64,000 nt of DNA, from positions 66,032,001-66,096,000 of the forward strand of contig OZ076409.1 of assembly GCA_964187785.1 (NCBI GenBank). The letters are read 5' to 3'. Below the pieces are notes generated by a model. The model saw only the letters and a program-made list of their open reading frames with translations. It was not told the origin of the DNA and did not search any database. Position 1 is the first letter of the stretch, and each line of letters starts with the position of its first letter. This DNA comes from Amphiscolops sp. MND2022. Taxonomy: Eukaryota. Both the position numbers and the translations under genes were made by a program. Below are positions 49,401 through 62,156 of this stretch, piece after piece.

Positions 49401-52400
49401 GCACTCTGTGTCCGGGAACAATCTCTATGTCGATATCAAGTCGAACTAGTTTTTTCTCTTGAAGTTTTTGTTTGATAATAAGGTTGCTTTTCGTTAGCTC
49501 ATATGCAAATGCTGGGCCATGTTTTTGTAATTTGTTTTGCAACGTGACGAGTGATTCCAGTGTTCCTTCAGAGTTTCTGTCATCGGCGTACCACTTTTGG
49601 GTTACCATGTCATCTTTAAGCAAATCGATGAGTTGTAACAGTGCAACTCCGTACATCGCCATTGCAAGTGGGTCGCCTTGTGTTGTTCCTTTCTGTGATA
49701 GTATCGTTTTCGCGTTTACAAACAAAAGAGAGGGTGATTCGTAGGAGTTTCTAGGCGCGTTAATGTGCGTGAAGGTGCTTGATAATTGATTGTTCTTAAT
49801 TCAGCGGTTGAGAATTTCCATTTTCTCATGGGGAAGTATGAAAGGAGGATCCAAAGAGGAAAGTTCCTAAATTGAGTTCACGCAATATAATTTTATTGTT
49901 TTGATCATTCTTTTCTGCTGGGAGAACTCAACGTTATTGAATTGCTTTTTGTTGTTTTTAGTCGGCGTTTTCGAAGAAAATCCCGACTCCTACAGTGGCT
50001 AGTTTTTTTTCGTCAGTTCAACGCGTAACGTCCACTTTTTGTGCATTATAATGCACATTTACCAACTTTTACCATATGTACTTAATACTTCATTTTCAAC
50101 GCATCCAAAGCGTCTAACATGAGAAAAAGCGTCCCCCTTTTAAATTTTCGGCACTATTCGACTTACCGGAAACTTCGAAAAAAACAAAAAAATTCGGAAA
50201 TTTTTTTTTCTCAATTTTTAGTTTTTTGAGAGCTTTTGTTGTCTCCAGTTGTAGAAAAAGTGGTTTTCGAGTCTTTTTGAGCCTTAGATATGGCGCCGAC
50301 TTGGGCCGTTCCCGGCTTGTTCTCAATTATTTGGTTATGATAAGTTTGTTTGTTAGCCCCCTATTTAACGAGGGACCAGTCTAACAACAAGTTGAGGCGG
50401 TGTCATCACGCTACGGAGCATCCTTACGAGCTCCTTACGCTGTCATTAACGGTCCAATTGGTATAATTTGGAAAAATTTCGACCACTGGCGGACTAATTT
50501 TTTTTTGAAAAACCGAAATGCAAGTCAAGATAATCACAAAAGGTTCATCCTCAAGATAAGCACCAGTGTCGGTTTGTCGTAAATCAAGACAGCTTTCCCC
50601 GTGTACAGTCGCAGCAATAGATGCATCGACTTCTAACTGGCGACGATTGTTTCGGCAGCTTTTCTTTGCTTCATACTCAATCTTTCTGCAAATATCCTCA
50701 GTGAATTTGAGCATTTTTCGGTTAAATAGTGAATCTGTCGAAAAACTATTTTCAGAGCTCTAATTAGTTGTTTCTCTGAAGATGTGTGAAGAGCATTGCT
50801 AGTTGATAAGAGGAAATCAGTGTTTGGAAGGAATACAAGAGTATGAAATAGGTTCGACAATTTTTTTGGTTGATTCTTGCTAATTTGCTAAATTTTCATT
50901 TTATATCAGTTTTGGATTGTTTCTATACCCCATAATGATTAGTTTTTGCACATGACGAAGTCAATGTGCATTGCAGTCCAGCTAAGTAAGTTTTTTTTCC
51001 ACTATAGTCAACTTCATAATGAGCGCCTTTTAGATAAAAGCCAAAACCCCAGAGAGATTCGAACCTGCAGCCTCCCGATTGCACGGCATAAGTGTTGACC
51101 ACTGTGCCATAGGGACGTTATTGAACTGTTGAATATATACGCATGCGATTAAAATAATATATACGCATATTAAAATAATCGATGTCTTCGTCATGTGTTG
51201 CGAAGCACCGCTTCGCCTCTGTGTTAAACCTTTTATTTAGCTGCGGGTTTCAGCCACGGAGCCAGGATAGTTTTCGCCTGAGGTTTTATTTTCAGCCGCG
51301 GCTTTCAATGCCGAAGTTTGACGAAAGTTTCGAAGGTCGGTAACTGAGTTGTTTCATGGACGATTTTTGTAACCAAATCAATTTGTGCTCATTCGAAGAT
51401 TTTTTGAAATGTTTTGTTTATCAGTCCAGTTGATCTTAACAGAAAATCCACACTTTTCGAACATACTTATCGACCCCCGCTTTTCAGCCGATTCCCAATT
51501 GTTTCTCAACATTTTTCGAATTGTCAGAATTTTCCTGGACGAAAAGATGCGTTTTTAGTCGGCGCACTTTTAAGGAAATATGCCGACTATTACAGTGACC
51601 AGTTTTTTCTCACATGCGAATGGTCCGCTTTTCAACAGTTTAGAGATTGTTCACGCCGCCGCCAGTAGCAATGCACACTTTCCCAAGCAGACGGCCGTCG
51701 GTTGGATGTCTGCCGATGACTGAATGTATTTGTTCGCAAACCCCTGGGTCACCCCTTTGGGTTTTTTGGCAGTGTGCGATTTTTTTTTCATTTCATCAGT
51801 GGGTCCCCTCTTCGGTTTTTCTCGAGTTTCAACTTCCAAAAAGATGTTTATCAAGACTAACGCTTCTCATCTTTGCGTTTTTCAGCACTGTGTGACCTTT
51901 TTAAATGTTCATCAGCAATTAGTGTTATTTTGATGTTTTCATTGAACAAAGCGTTTCTGGAGACCCCGTGTCGCTCCTTCGGATATTTTAACACTCTGAC
52001 ACTTATGAAAATTTACTTGACACTAGAAAACTTTGAGACTTTGCGCTTTTTGAGCTTCAACAGGGGCACCGACTTTTGAAGTTCGTTCCAGTCTTGTTCA
52101 ATTTTTGTTCAGAAGTATCAACCAATTTGTGCCTTAATCTTTTCCAAATTTCATTCAGTTAGGCTAGAAGTTTGAGCGCATTGCGCAAACATATGCGAAG
52201 CACTGTTTTCCTCTGCTAATTACTTGGGGGCGATCTTGTGTTCACTTGTATTCCCATCATAGAGAATGTACGGTATGCCGTTTCATGTGCGAATACGTCC
52301 TTTCTACGTACACGATCTCTAGTTTCTTGAAGATTAATTAATCGATTGGCGGTTACTTGATTTTTCTATTGCATATCTGAATTGTTCGTTTCAGCGGAAA

Positions 52401-55400
52401 GATGACTTCACTATAAAGGTGCGTCAAGAAGAAAGGCGAAAGCGTGAACGCGAGGCTGAAATAGCGGCGAAAAAGAAGCGAGACGAAGAGAGAAGAAAGA
52501 TGTTGGACAAGAGAGAAGCAATTCTGAAAGAGCAGCGAGATAAAGAAGTGTGTATCAGTTGAATTATTCTGCATTTGTTGCACCAAATTATAGTTAAATC
52601 AACCAGCTTACTTTGTTTGATCATTTCATGTTAGAGCATGTCGACTGAAACTCGATAATTTTAACAAATGATGCGAAATCTACAGTTTCATAAATCTATC
52701 TATTCAACTGAGCATGTTCATGGCATTCTCACAATCATGAACATAAGTAGGGATTGAGAAGATAAGATTCAATTTCATTGAGTTTTGGAAAAACAACAAG
52801 ATGTATTTAAAAGCTCCCGAATAGGACGTAAAAGGAGCAAAGAGATGCTTTTCGAGTTTACGCCCTTTGAATCCAAGTTGAAACCAATGAATTCCAATCA
52901 ATGATGAAAATGACCCTTGTAGATGTTTTTATTGATTAGTTATAGAACAGTTCTAAAAGTTGTTTGCTGTCAATAATGTAGAGTAATGTAATATTTGTTA
53001 TTTTGTTTGTCAAGGCGACATTTTCCAGAGAATAATGATGCTTTTTTGTTCAAAATTTAGAAACGCGGCAAATTTCAAAAGGCTGAGGAGAAAAACGCTG
53101 AACGCGAGAAAATAAGCAAAGCTCGCACGACTGATTCTCAAAGTGAGGAGAAATCTCTGTCTGAAAAGGGAGACGGGGATGATACTCTTGAGAAAGGAGG
53201 ACTAGCGGGAGAAACCAGTAAAGCGGAGAAGACCATGAATAGTTCCGAAGAATCCAGGAATGAGACAACCAAGGTCCCTGCAACTTCTCGTGCATCCCGC
53301 TTGAAGGTTGGTTGCAATCTGTTCTGCAGAGTTTTATGCTGTTTCTGTTGACGTGTTCATTGTGACCTGACCTGTTACAGGATCTTCCGTCCATCAAGTA
53401 TTACACTCCAGCTGCTAAGGCAGCCAAAGCTGCTTCTTCAACTGAGCCAGGTTATTTTTCAAGGTTCCTCGAAGCGTATTACAGTCAACTCCGGTTGTTT
53501 TTGGTATTTCTGTGTAAGCGGGAATAATAAAATACTAGAATCATTTTTTTCGGATCAGCCAATCTTACAATCAGTACAAAATATCTTGACTAGGCGAAAT
53601 GGATTCTGTTAGCAGTAAGCGATCGCTTGTTGTTTTATGCAATTGATCGTTCGCTGCGAACTTTTCAAAAGTTGATTTTACCTAGCAGCATTGACTTTTA
53701 TTAGAGAATAATTTTTATTCATGTAACGGAGCTTTATCTCGGATTTGAATTTTTTCAGTGAAACTTATTTGGATTGATTTTTTGCTAAATCCAGAAATTA
53801 GGGTTGTTTTCTAAAAATTTACTCTGAATTAAATGTCTGCAAATTTCTCTAATGAGATTTTATGACAAAGAAATTTTCAATTTTTAAAACTAGTACTTTT
53901 GATTTTTTTTTTGGAATTTTTTGCTTTTGCCGAAATATTTCAGCTCCAAAGGAGGTCAAGCGTGCAGGAGTCTTAGTTCCCTATAACCGAAATTTGTTAT
54001 AGGCAACAATTTTTTTTCTGATGTTTGAAAAATCGTTCGTGCACAAAACTCATCAAAATTACATAGAAAACGCGAAGTTGGAATAAGCTTGCGGTATTCA
54101 TTTCCCTGAGATTCGAATGATTAGGTGTAAACGACATAATGATGTCTGACTTAGCCTATGCATCGTAGTTATTTCGTTGACTGTATCATCTTGACGAAAT
54201 TCAAAAAGTACTTTTCGTGTGTCAACCAGAAGGATTTTAAGAGTGTCCCCTTTGATATATTTTAGATATCGATATCTCCACAAGCCCGAATGGTCACCAT
54301 TTGCATTTTTCTAACTTGAAGTCTTATTTTTTCTCTGGAAGAATTCAAGAAACGTCGAATTTTATTTTGCTTTTTAAGTCTCTTGTGCCAGTCTTTCTAT
54401 AATGTAATCTTGATGATAAAATATCGCTGTGTTTTCAGTGCCCGAAGAACGTTCATATTCCTTCCTCAACAGAGACATTGAAGACAATGAGAACACTGGA
54501 CGAGAACGAGGCGGTGGTGGTGGCAAACGAGGCTTCGGTCGTCGAGGAGGAGGTCCTGCTTCAGGCCGAGAAATCAAACCTTCTAGGGGCATGCATAATG
54601 GGGGCCCCACTTATTCCTCCCGCGGTGACAAGAAACGGGACCGAGACAACAGGAAAGATTCGAATCATTCCAGCCAGGACACATCTGTCTCTGTTGAAAC
54701 GCCTGATAAAGGGAAAGAAAAGGAAGAAGATAGGAAAGAACGGAAGGATGAATCAACAACAGAGGATGGTGTCATCGGCAAAGATACCCCTGACCAGGCT
54801 AAGTCTACTACCGAAGGCGAACCGAAAAAGCAGCCTTGTATTGTTAAGTACCCCAGAGATGCACCTTCGGATGGTAAGGGCGGCAAAAACAGAGACGGAC
54901 CTCCAAAATCGAAGGGAAAACAAAACCGACGTCAAGGAGCTGCTGATGACTGGGGAATATACGATGACTCGAGGCAGGGTAGTCATGGACAGTACTATGA
55001 TTGTCCTCCCGCTTTCTATTCCAGTTCTTGGTCGCGAGGTGGGGGAAAAGGTGGCGGAGGGTCTCATCATGGAAGCTACTCCTCAAGAAATGGAGGCGGG
55101 GGTTATAACCAACGCCAATATGATTATGGATACGGCCATAACCGCAATTCGTATGACTTCGACCGTTATGTTGATAGACCTCCTTCATCTTCGGGTGGTC
55201 AATCTGGAAAAGGTGGTCCCCAGAAAGCTCCTCCCCCGGAGAAAATTAACCGTGGAAGCAAAGCATTCGCTGGTGAAAGTAAACCCGCCGCCGTTTTTGA
55301 GTCAGCCGAGAGAAGTTTGAAAAAAGCAGAAGATGGTGGCAAGCCTCCTCGTTTCAGTGACAAGCGAAGAGCTACTGCATTGGCGGGCAACCAAAACTCA

Positions 55401-55418
55401 GTTAACGCTGATCCGTAG
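46443..55418 (+). CDS. UPF3: Regulator of nonsense transcripts 3 (UPF3/Smg-4); join(46443-46600,46670-46860,46935-47107,52395-52547,53061-53306,53381-53450,54439-55418), 1971 nt, 656 aa
   Basis: All introns GT-AG and phase-consistent. RRM-like TKVVVRCIPATLTEQEL...RFYMGFK...FDGYIL..VVELAPY..DAKQGSIDQDAEYLAYVETY; TPLI motif; charged coiled coil; EJC-binding-like RLKDLPSIKYYTP; AATAAA at 55495-55500. Confidence 0.88.
47416..47843 (-). mobile_element. Helentron/HINE-like element (reverse orientation) in UPF3 intron 3
   Basis: CACTATAAT..GCCGG...GCGCCGACTAAAA is the reverse complement of the family 5' end. Left boundary approximate. Confidence 0.5.
48163..49790 (-). mobile_element. Second CRE-like non-LTR retrotransposon, 5'-truncated and degenerate, in UPF3 intron 3
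   Basis: SQKGTTQGDPLAMAMYG, WYADD, GHRVLGS; CACG...ALHC..GG....RHNEIRD, EPKLQPL, ARLDI, LVFATTGG, RTKVSFAL..S...IRG. Confidence 0.85.
49955..50321 (+). mobile_element. Helentron/HINE-like non-autonomous element
   Basis: 5' TTTTTAGTCGGCG...CCCGACT; 3' GGCGCCGACTTGG-GCCG-TTCC-CGGC-TTGTT. Confidence 0.7.
50943..51225 (+). mobile_element. Second HINE-like family carrying an antisense tRNA-like cassette
   Basis: 5' TTTTTGCACATGACGAAGTCAATGTGCA stem-loop; 3' CTTCGTCATGTG inverted repeat; hairpin GCGAAGC-ACC-GCTTCGC; ends TGTGTT. Confidence 0.6.
51045..51116 (-). pseudogene. tRNA-derived sequence (pseudo-tRNA / SINE head)
   Basis: A box TGGCACAGTGG and B box GGTTCGAATC at tRNA spacing, followed by TTTT; D and T stems poorly paired. 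Confidence 0.7.
51552..52098 (+). mobile_element. Helentron/HINE-like non-autonomous element
   Basis: 5' TTTTTAGTCGGCGC...TGCCGACTATTACAGTG; 3' GGCACCGACT...GTCTTGTT. Confidence 0.6.
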
Positions 55419-57811
55419 TGTGTGTGATTGCGGAAGGCGGTCGAGGTGTGAGTCAACAACACGAGAAGCAAGAGACTGTTGAAAGCGAGTGTTCAATAAA
55501 ACTTCATATACAGTGAAAGGCGTGCTTCATCGGCAGTTATACGAAAAACAACGAATATCTCTGGTTCCAAGCAAGGGGTCGGAATTCCGTGAAGAACTGA
55601 ATCCAAATGACCGTGGGTTCCACGTTACGATTCTGCAGTGAACTCATTTGGACGAAGTTTCGAGTGTCCTCAACAGACCCAAAATGGAAATTTCAATAGC
55701 CGCTTGGTCAAGATTCAGAAAACAATCCCCTTAAATTTCAGAGTTGCTTTGTTGCGTTGAAGAAAGACGTCTTCAATCAAAACAAATCTAACTCAAATGT
55801 TATTTCCCATCACAAATTTGCGTTATATTTGTCCCAGCTGAAAATAATTGAGTTTTTATGTGTAGTCTTTTTGGACAGAAGCTAACTCGCTAGCGAAACA
55901 TGAGAAAGCAGCCGTTGAGTATTATGATCCTGGAAACCGTTAACATTCGATCCGCCCGTTTTTGACTTGGGTTCAAAGCAGTTTCATTTTTTGTCATTTT
56001 GAGAAAAGTACAAATACAGTGACTTGATACACTTCGGTACCAAAACGTTCAAAGAGTTCAATAACGAAAATTTTCAAGCGCAGTCCTTCAAATTTCGATC
56101 AGAATATTACAACAGTATTTTTGAAAGCGAATAAAAGTTATATCATTTGGCACATTGAATTTTGACATTTTTCGAAAAGTTTCATGCATGACTCTTCTAT
56201 AACTTGCATATAACATTTTCTGAAAACGTTCGAGATATGACACCGCAAAATGCGGATATTAAATTTTGATTCCGTAAAGTAATTGCATTAGTTCACTGAA
56301 AGCTTTGATAATCAAAAGGATGAATGCAAGGAGTCATCACTCCCTAGTATTTTTTACTCGAATCCAGAGGTTTATTCTTCATTGAAGTGACAAAATTAAT
56401 TGTCCAAGATTTGAGTCATTTGCACTTTTTTGCATAAATTCGAGGGATTTTTTGGAAAACACCGTTAAACTTCCGGGTAATTCCCGCACTGAACTATTTC
56501 AGCAACAAACATTCAAAGAGTAAACCGTTTTACCTGATCTTCATTTTTGGAAACTTTTTCAAAGAAAAAATCAGCTGTCTTCATAAATACAAATGATACA
56601 GAAGGCTTAAAAACTTGCAGGAAAAAGTGCCATCATTCGATATATATTGAAACTTGATGAAACGGAGGAGGAGATAGATTAAAATGGCACCAAGATCTAA
56701 CTGATCAGGATTTCCTGCACTTGTTGTCCAGGACTCTATCAATTAGACAGCTTCAATGCTGACACTGGACCACGTCACCGAAGATGCTGACGAGCAACAA
56801 TGGTAAGTATATATTAACTATTTTCAGGAAAAAAAAACAGAAAAACAAAAAAATAAATTCCTTTGTTTTATTGACAATGAACTTGCTTTGTATCTTACAA
56901 TATTTGAATCAACAAACATCACCTTATTTATCTGAATTCTGGGATCCAGATTTTCTGGCTTGAAATAGCTGTACTGTATCCCCTTCAACGCCAGCTTCTC
57001 TCTGGTTTCTGATATTATATTTTGTTAACTGGTGATTGGAGAAACCAATAATAACATATCATTGGGCACTTACTGATTCTAAGCAATTTTCAAAAGTTTA
57101 GATATTACCACAACTGCATATATGAAACGATTTTTCGTCGTTGATTTCTGTTGAAGGAACTCCATCTTCAGAGTATAGAATTGGAGTAGAGCAAATATGG
57201 TTTTTAAAAAACGCCGACAGATGATTTTTATTGAAAACAATTCATATTGATTTCAAAAAATATATCCGTGCGCGATCCTGAATTCAATTAGAACTCTGCA
57301 TATTAACAACGGTATCTACAAAGATGCTCAATTCTGTTTAAGGCTAAGTCTACGCATGATTACACATGATAAAATTCCCTACTCAGGATTATATATGGAA
57401 AGTTCCCGGAGAGAAACAAAACCAGGAAATAAGTGAAATCCAACGAAATTGATGAATTACATTCTTCAAGTTGGATTATTGGAAAGTGAATTCGATCAAC
57501 CGAACATAATGATGACTGACTTAGCCTATGCATCGTAGTTATTTCGTTGACTGTATCATCTTGACGAAATTCAAAAAGTACTTTTCGTGTGTCAACCAGA
57601 AGGATTTTAAGAGTGTCCCCTTTGATATATTTTAGATATCGATATCTCCACAAGCCCGAATGGTCACCATTTGCATTTTTCTAACTTGAAGTCTTATTTT
57701 TTCTCTGGAAGAATTCAAGAAACATTGAATTTTATTTTGCTTTTTGAGTCTCTTCTTGTGCCAGTATTTCTATAATGTAATCTTGATGATAAAATATCGC
57801 GGTGTTTTCAG

Positions 57812-58788
57812 TGCCCGAAGAACGTTCATATTCCTTCCTCAACAGAGACATTGAAGACAATGAGAACACTGGACGAGAACGAGGCGGTGGTGGTGGCAAA
57901 CGAGGCTTCGGTCGTCGAGGAGGAGGTCCTGCTTCAGGCCGAGAAATCAAACCTTCTAGGGGCATGCATAATGGGGGCCCCACTTATTCCTCCCGCGGTG
58001 ACAAGAAACGGGACCGAGACAACAGGAAAGATTCGAATCATTCCAGCCAGGACACATCTGTCTCTGTTGAAACGCCTGATAAAGGGAAAGAAAAGGAAGA
58101 AGATAGGAAAGAACGGAAGGATGAATCAACAACAGATGATGGTGTCATCGGCAAAGATACCCCTGACCAGGCTAAGTCTACTACCGAAGGCGAACCGAAA
58201 AAGCAGCCTTCTATTGTTAAGTACCCCAGAGATGCACCTTCGGATGGTAAGGGCGGCAAAAACAGAGACGGACCTCCAAAATCGAAGGGAAAACAAAACC
58301 GACGTCAAGGAGCTGCTGATGACTGGTGAATATACGATGACTCGAGGCAGGGTAGTCATGGACAGTACTACGATTGTCCTCCCGCTTTCTATTCCAGTTC
58401 TTGGTCGCGAGGTGGGGGAAAAGGTGGCGGAGGGCCTCATCATGGAAGCTACTCCTCAAGAAATGGAGGCGGGGGCTATAACCAACGCCAATACGATTAT
58501 GGATACGGCCATAACCGCAATTCGTATGACTTCGACCGTTATATTGATAGACCTCCTTCATCTTCGGGTGGTCAATCTGGAAAAGGTGGTCCCCAGAAAG
58601 CTCCTCTCCCGGAGAAAATTAACCGTGGAAGCAAAGCATTCGCTAGTGAAAGTAAACCCGCCGCCGTTTTTGAGTCAGCCGAGAGAAGTTTGAAAAAAGC
58701 TGATGGTGGCAAGCCTCCTCGTTTCAGTGACAAGCGAAGAGCTACTGCATTGGCGGGCAACCAAAACTCAGTTAATGCTGATTCGTAG
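57812..58788 (+). pseudogene. UPF3: Second copy of UPF3 terminal exon with premature stop
   Basis: Acceptor TTTTCAG retained; GGA>TGA at 58327-58329. Confidence 0.8.
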
Positions 58789-61179
58789 TGTGTGTGATTG
58801 CGGAAGGCGGTCGAGGTGTGAGTCAACAACACGAGAAGCAAGAGACTGTTGAAAGCGAGTGTTCAATAAAACTTCATATACAGTGAAAGGCGTGCTTCAT
58901 CGGCAGTTATACGAAAAACAACGAATATCTCTGGTTCCAAGCAAGGGGTCGGAATTCCGTGAAGAACTGAAACCAAATGACCGTGGGTTCCACGTTACGA
59001 TTCTGCAGTGAACTCATTTGGACAAAATTTCGAGTGTCCTCACTAGACCCAAAATGGAAATTTCAATAGCCGCTTGGTCAAGATTCAGAAAACAATCCCC
59101 TTAAATTTCAGAGTTGCTTTGTTGCGTTGAAGAAAGACGTCTTCAATCAAAACAAATCTAACTCAAATGTTCTTTCCCATCACAAATTTGCGTTATATTT
59201 GTCCCAGCTGAAAATAATTGAGTTTTTATGTGTAGTCTTTTTGGACAGAATCTAACTCGCTAGCGAAACATGAGAAAGCAGCCGTTGAGTATTATGATCC
59301 TGGAAACCGTTAACATTCGATCCGCCCGTTTTTGACTTGGGTTCAAAGCAGTTTCATTTTGTGTCATTTTGAGAAAAGTACAAATACAGTGACTTGATAC
59401 ACTTCGGTACCAAAACGTTCAAAGAGTTCAATAACGAAAATTTTCAAGCGCAGTCCTTCAAATTTCGATCAGAATATTACAACAGTATTTTTGAAAGCGA
59501 ATAAAAGTTATATCATTTGGCACATTGAATTTTGACATTTTTCGAAAAGTTTCATGCATGACTCTTCTATAACTTGCATATAACATTTTCTGAAAACGTT
59601 CGAGATATGACACCGCAAAATGCGGATATTAAATTTTGATTCCGTAAAGTTATTACATTAGTTCACTGAAAGCTTTGATAATCAAAAGGATGAATGCAAG
59701 GAGTCATCACTCCCTAGTATTTTTTACTCGAATCCAGAGGTTTATTCTTCATTGAAGTGACAAAATTAATTGTCCAAGATTTGAGTCCTTTGCACTTTTT
59801 GCATAAATTCGAGGGATTTTTTGGAAAACACCGTTAAACTTCCGGGTAATTCCCGCACTGAACTATTTCAGCAACAAACATTCAAAGAGTAAACCGTTTT
59901 ACCTGATCTTCATTTTTGGAAACTTTTTCAAAGAAAAAATCAGCTGTCTTCATAAATACAAATGATACAGAAGGCTTAAAAACTTGCAGGAAAAAGTGCC
60001 ATCATTCGATATATATTGAAACTTGATGAAACGGAGGAGGAGATAGATTAAAATGGCACCAAGATCTAACTGATCAGGATTTCCTGCACTTGTTGTCCAG
60101 GACTCTATCAATTAGACAGCTTCAATGCTGACACTGGACCACGTCACCGAAGATGCTGACGAGCAACAATGGTAAGTATATATTAACTATTTTCAGGAAA
60201 AAAAACAGAAAAACAAAAAAATAAATTCCTTTGTTTTATTGACAATGAACTTGCTTTGTATCTTACAATATTTGAATCAACAAACATCACCTTATTTATC
60301 TGAATTCTGGGATCCAGATTTTCTGGCTTGAAACAGCTGTACTGTATCCCCTTCAACGCCAGCTTCTCTCTGATTTCTGATATTATATTTTGTTAACTGG
60401 TGATTGGAGAAACCAATAATAACATATCATTGGGCACTTACTGATTCTAAGCAATTTTCAAAAGTTTAGATATTACCACAACTGCATATATGAAACGATT
60501 TTTCGTCGTTGATTTCTGTTGAAGGAACTCCATCTTCAGAGTATAGAATTGGAGTAGAGCAAATATGGTTTTTAAAAAACGCCGACAGATGATTTTTATT
60601 GAAAACAATTCATATTGATTTCAAAAAATATATCCGTGCGCGATCCTGAATTCAATTAGAACTCTGCATATTAACAACGGTATCTACAAAGATGCTCAAT
60701 TCTGTTTAAGGCTAAGTCTACGCATGATTACACATGATAAAATTCCCTACTCAGGATTATATATGGAAAGTTCCCGGAGAGAAACAAAACCAGGAAATAA
60801 GTGAAATCCAACGAAATTGATGAATTACATTCTTCAAGTTGGATAATTGGAAAGTGAATTCGATCAACCGAACATAATGATGACTGACTTAGCCTATGCA
60901 TCGTAGTTATTTCGTTGACTGTATCATCTTGACGAAATTCAAAAAGTACTTTTCGTGTGTCAACCAGAAGGATTTTAAGAGTGTCCCCTTTGATATATTT
61001 TAGATATCGATATCTCCACAAGCCCGAATGGTCACCATTTGCATTTTTCTAACTTGAAGTCTTATTTTTTCTCTGGAAGAATTCAAGAAACATTGAATTT
61101 TATTTTGCTTTTTGAGTCTCTTCTTGTGCCAGTATTTCTATAATGTAATCTTGATGATAAAATATCGCGGTGTTTTCAG

Positions 61180-62156
61180 TGCCCGAAGAACGTTCATATT
61201 CCTTCCTCAACAGAGACATTGAAGACAATGAGAACACTGGACGAGAACGAGGCGGTGGTGGTGGCAAACGAGGCTTCGGTCGTCGAGGAGGAGGTCCTGC
61301 TTCAGGCCGAGAAATCAAACCTTCTAGGGGCATGCATAATGGGGGCCCCACTTATTCCTCCCGCGGTGACAAGAAACGGGACCGAGACAACAGGAAAGAT
61401 TCGAATCATTCCAGCCAGGACACATCTGTCTCTGTTGAAACGCCTGATAAAGGGAAAGAAAAGGAAGAAGATAGGAAAGAACGGAAGGATGAATCAACAA
61501 CAGATGATGGTGTCATCGGCAAAGATACCCCTGACCAGGCTAAGTCTACTACCGAAGGCGAACCGAAAAAGCAGCCTTCTATTGTTAAGTACCCCAGAGA
61601 TGCACCTTCGGATGGTAAGGGCGGCAAAAACAGAGACGGACCTCCAAAATCGAAGGGAAAACAAAACCGACGTCAAGGAGCTGCTGATGACTGGGGAATA
61701 TACGATGACTCGAGGCAGGGTAGTCATGGACAGTACTACGATTGTCCTCCCGCTTTCTATTCCAGTTCTTGGTCGCGAGGTGGGGGAAAAGGTGGCGGAG
61801 GGCCTCATCATGGAAGCTACTCCTCAAGAAATGGAGGCGGGGGCTATAACCAACGCCAATACGATTATGGATACGGCCATAACCGCAATTCGTATGACTT
61901 CGACCGTTATTTTGATAGACCTCCTTCATCTTCGGGTGGTCAATCTGGAAAAGGTGGTCCCCAGAAAGCTCCTCTCCCGGAGAAAATTAACCGTGGAAGC
62001 AAAGCATTCGCTAGTGAAAGTAAACCCGCCGCCGTTTTTGAGTCAGCCGAGAGAAGTTTGAAAAAAGCTGATGGTGGCAAGCCTCCTCGTTTCAGTGACA
62101 AGCGAAGAGCTACTGCATTGGCGGGCAACCAAAACTCAGTTAATGCTGATTCGTAG
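61180..62156 (+). other. UPF3: Third copy of UPF3 terminal exon, open reading frame intact
   Basis: Acceptor retained, ORF open to TAG at 62156, AATAAA downstream; 3-nt deletion and several substitutions relative to copy 1. Confidence 0.8.

Noticed and set aside
51045..51116. Functional tRNA gene
   Set aside because: Acceptor, D and T stems are badly mismatched and the anticodon loop is abnormal.
53944..53954. Possible 11-nt UPF3 micro-exon (CAG|CTCCAAAGGAG|GT)
   Set aside because: Its inclusion would shift the phase relative to the last-exon acceptor; exon 6 splices in frame without it.
54478..55320. 280-aa alternative-frame ORF overlapping the UPF3 last exon, open in all three copies
   Set aside because: Splice phase selects the other frame. 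Several inter-copy changes are non-synonymous in this frame too (although the copy-2 stop is silent in it), and it has no recognisable motif. Most likely a shadow ORF.
56756..56811. Possible first exon MLTLDHVTEDADEQQ with a strong GTAAGT donor in each 3.37-kb unit
   Set aside because: The nearest acceptor gives only a short peptide with no recognisable similarity; unsupported without transcripts.
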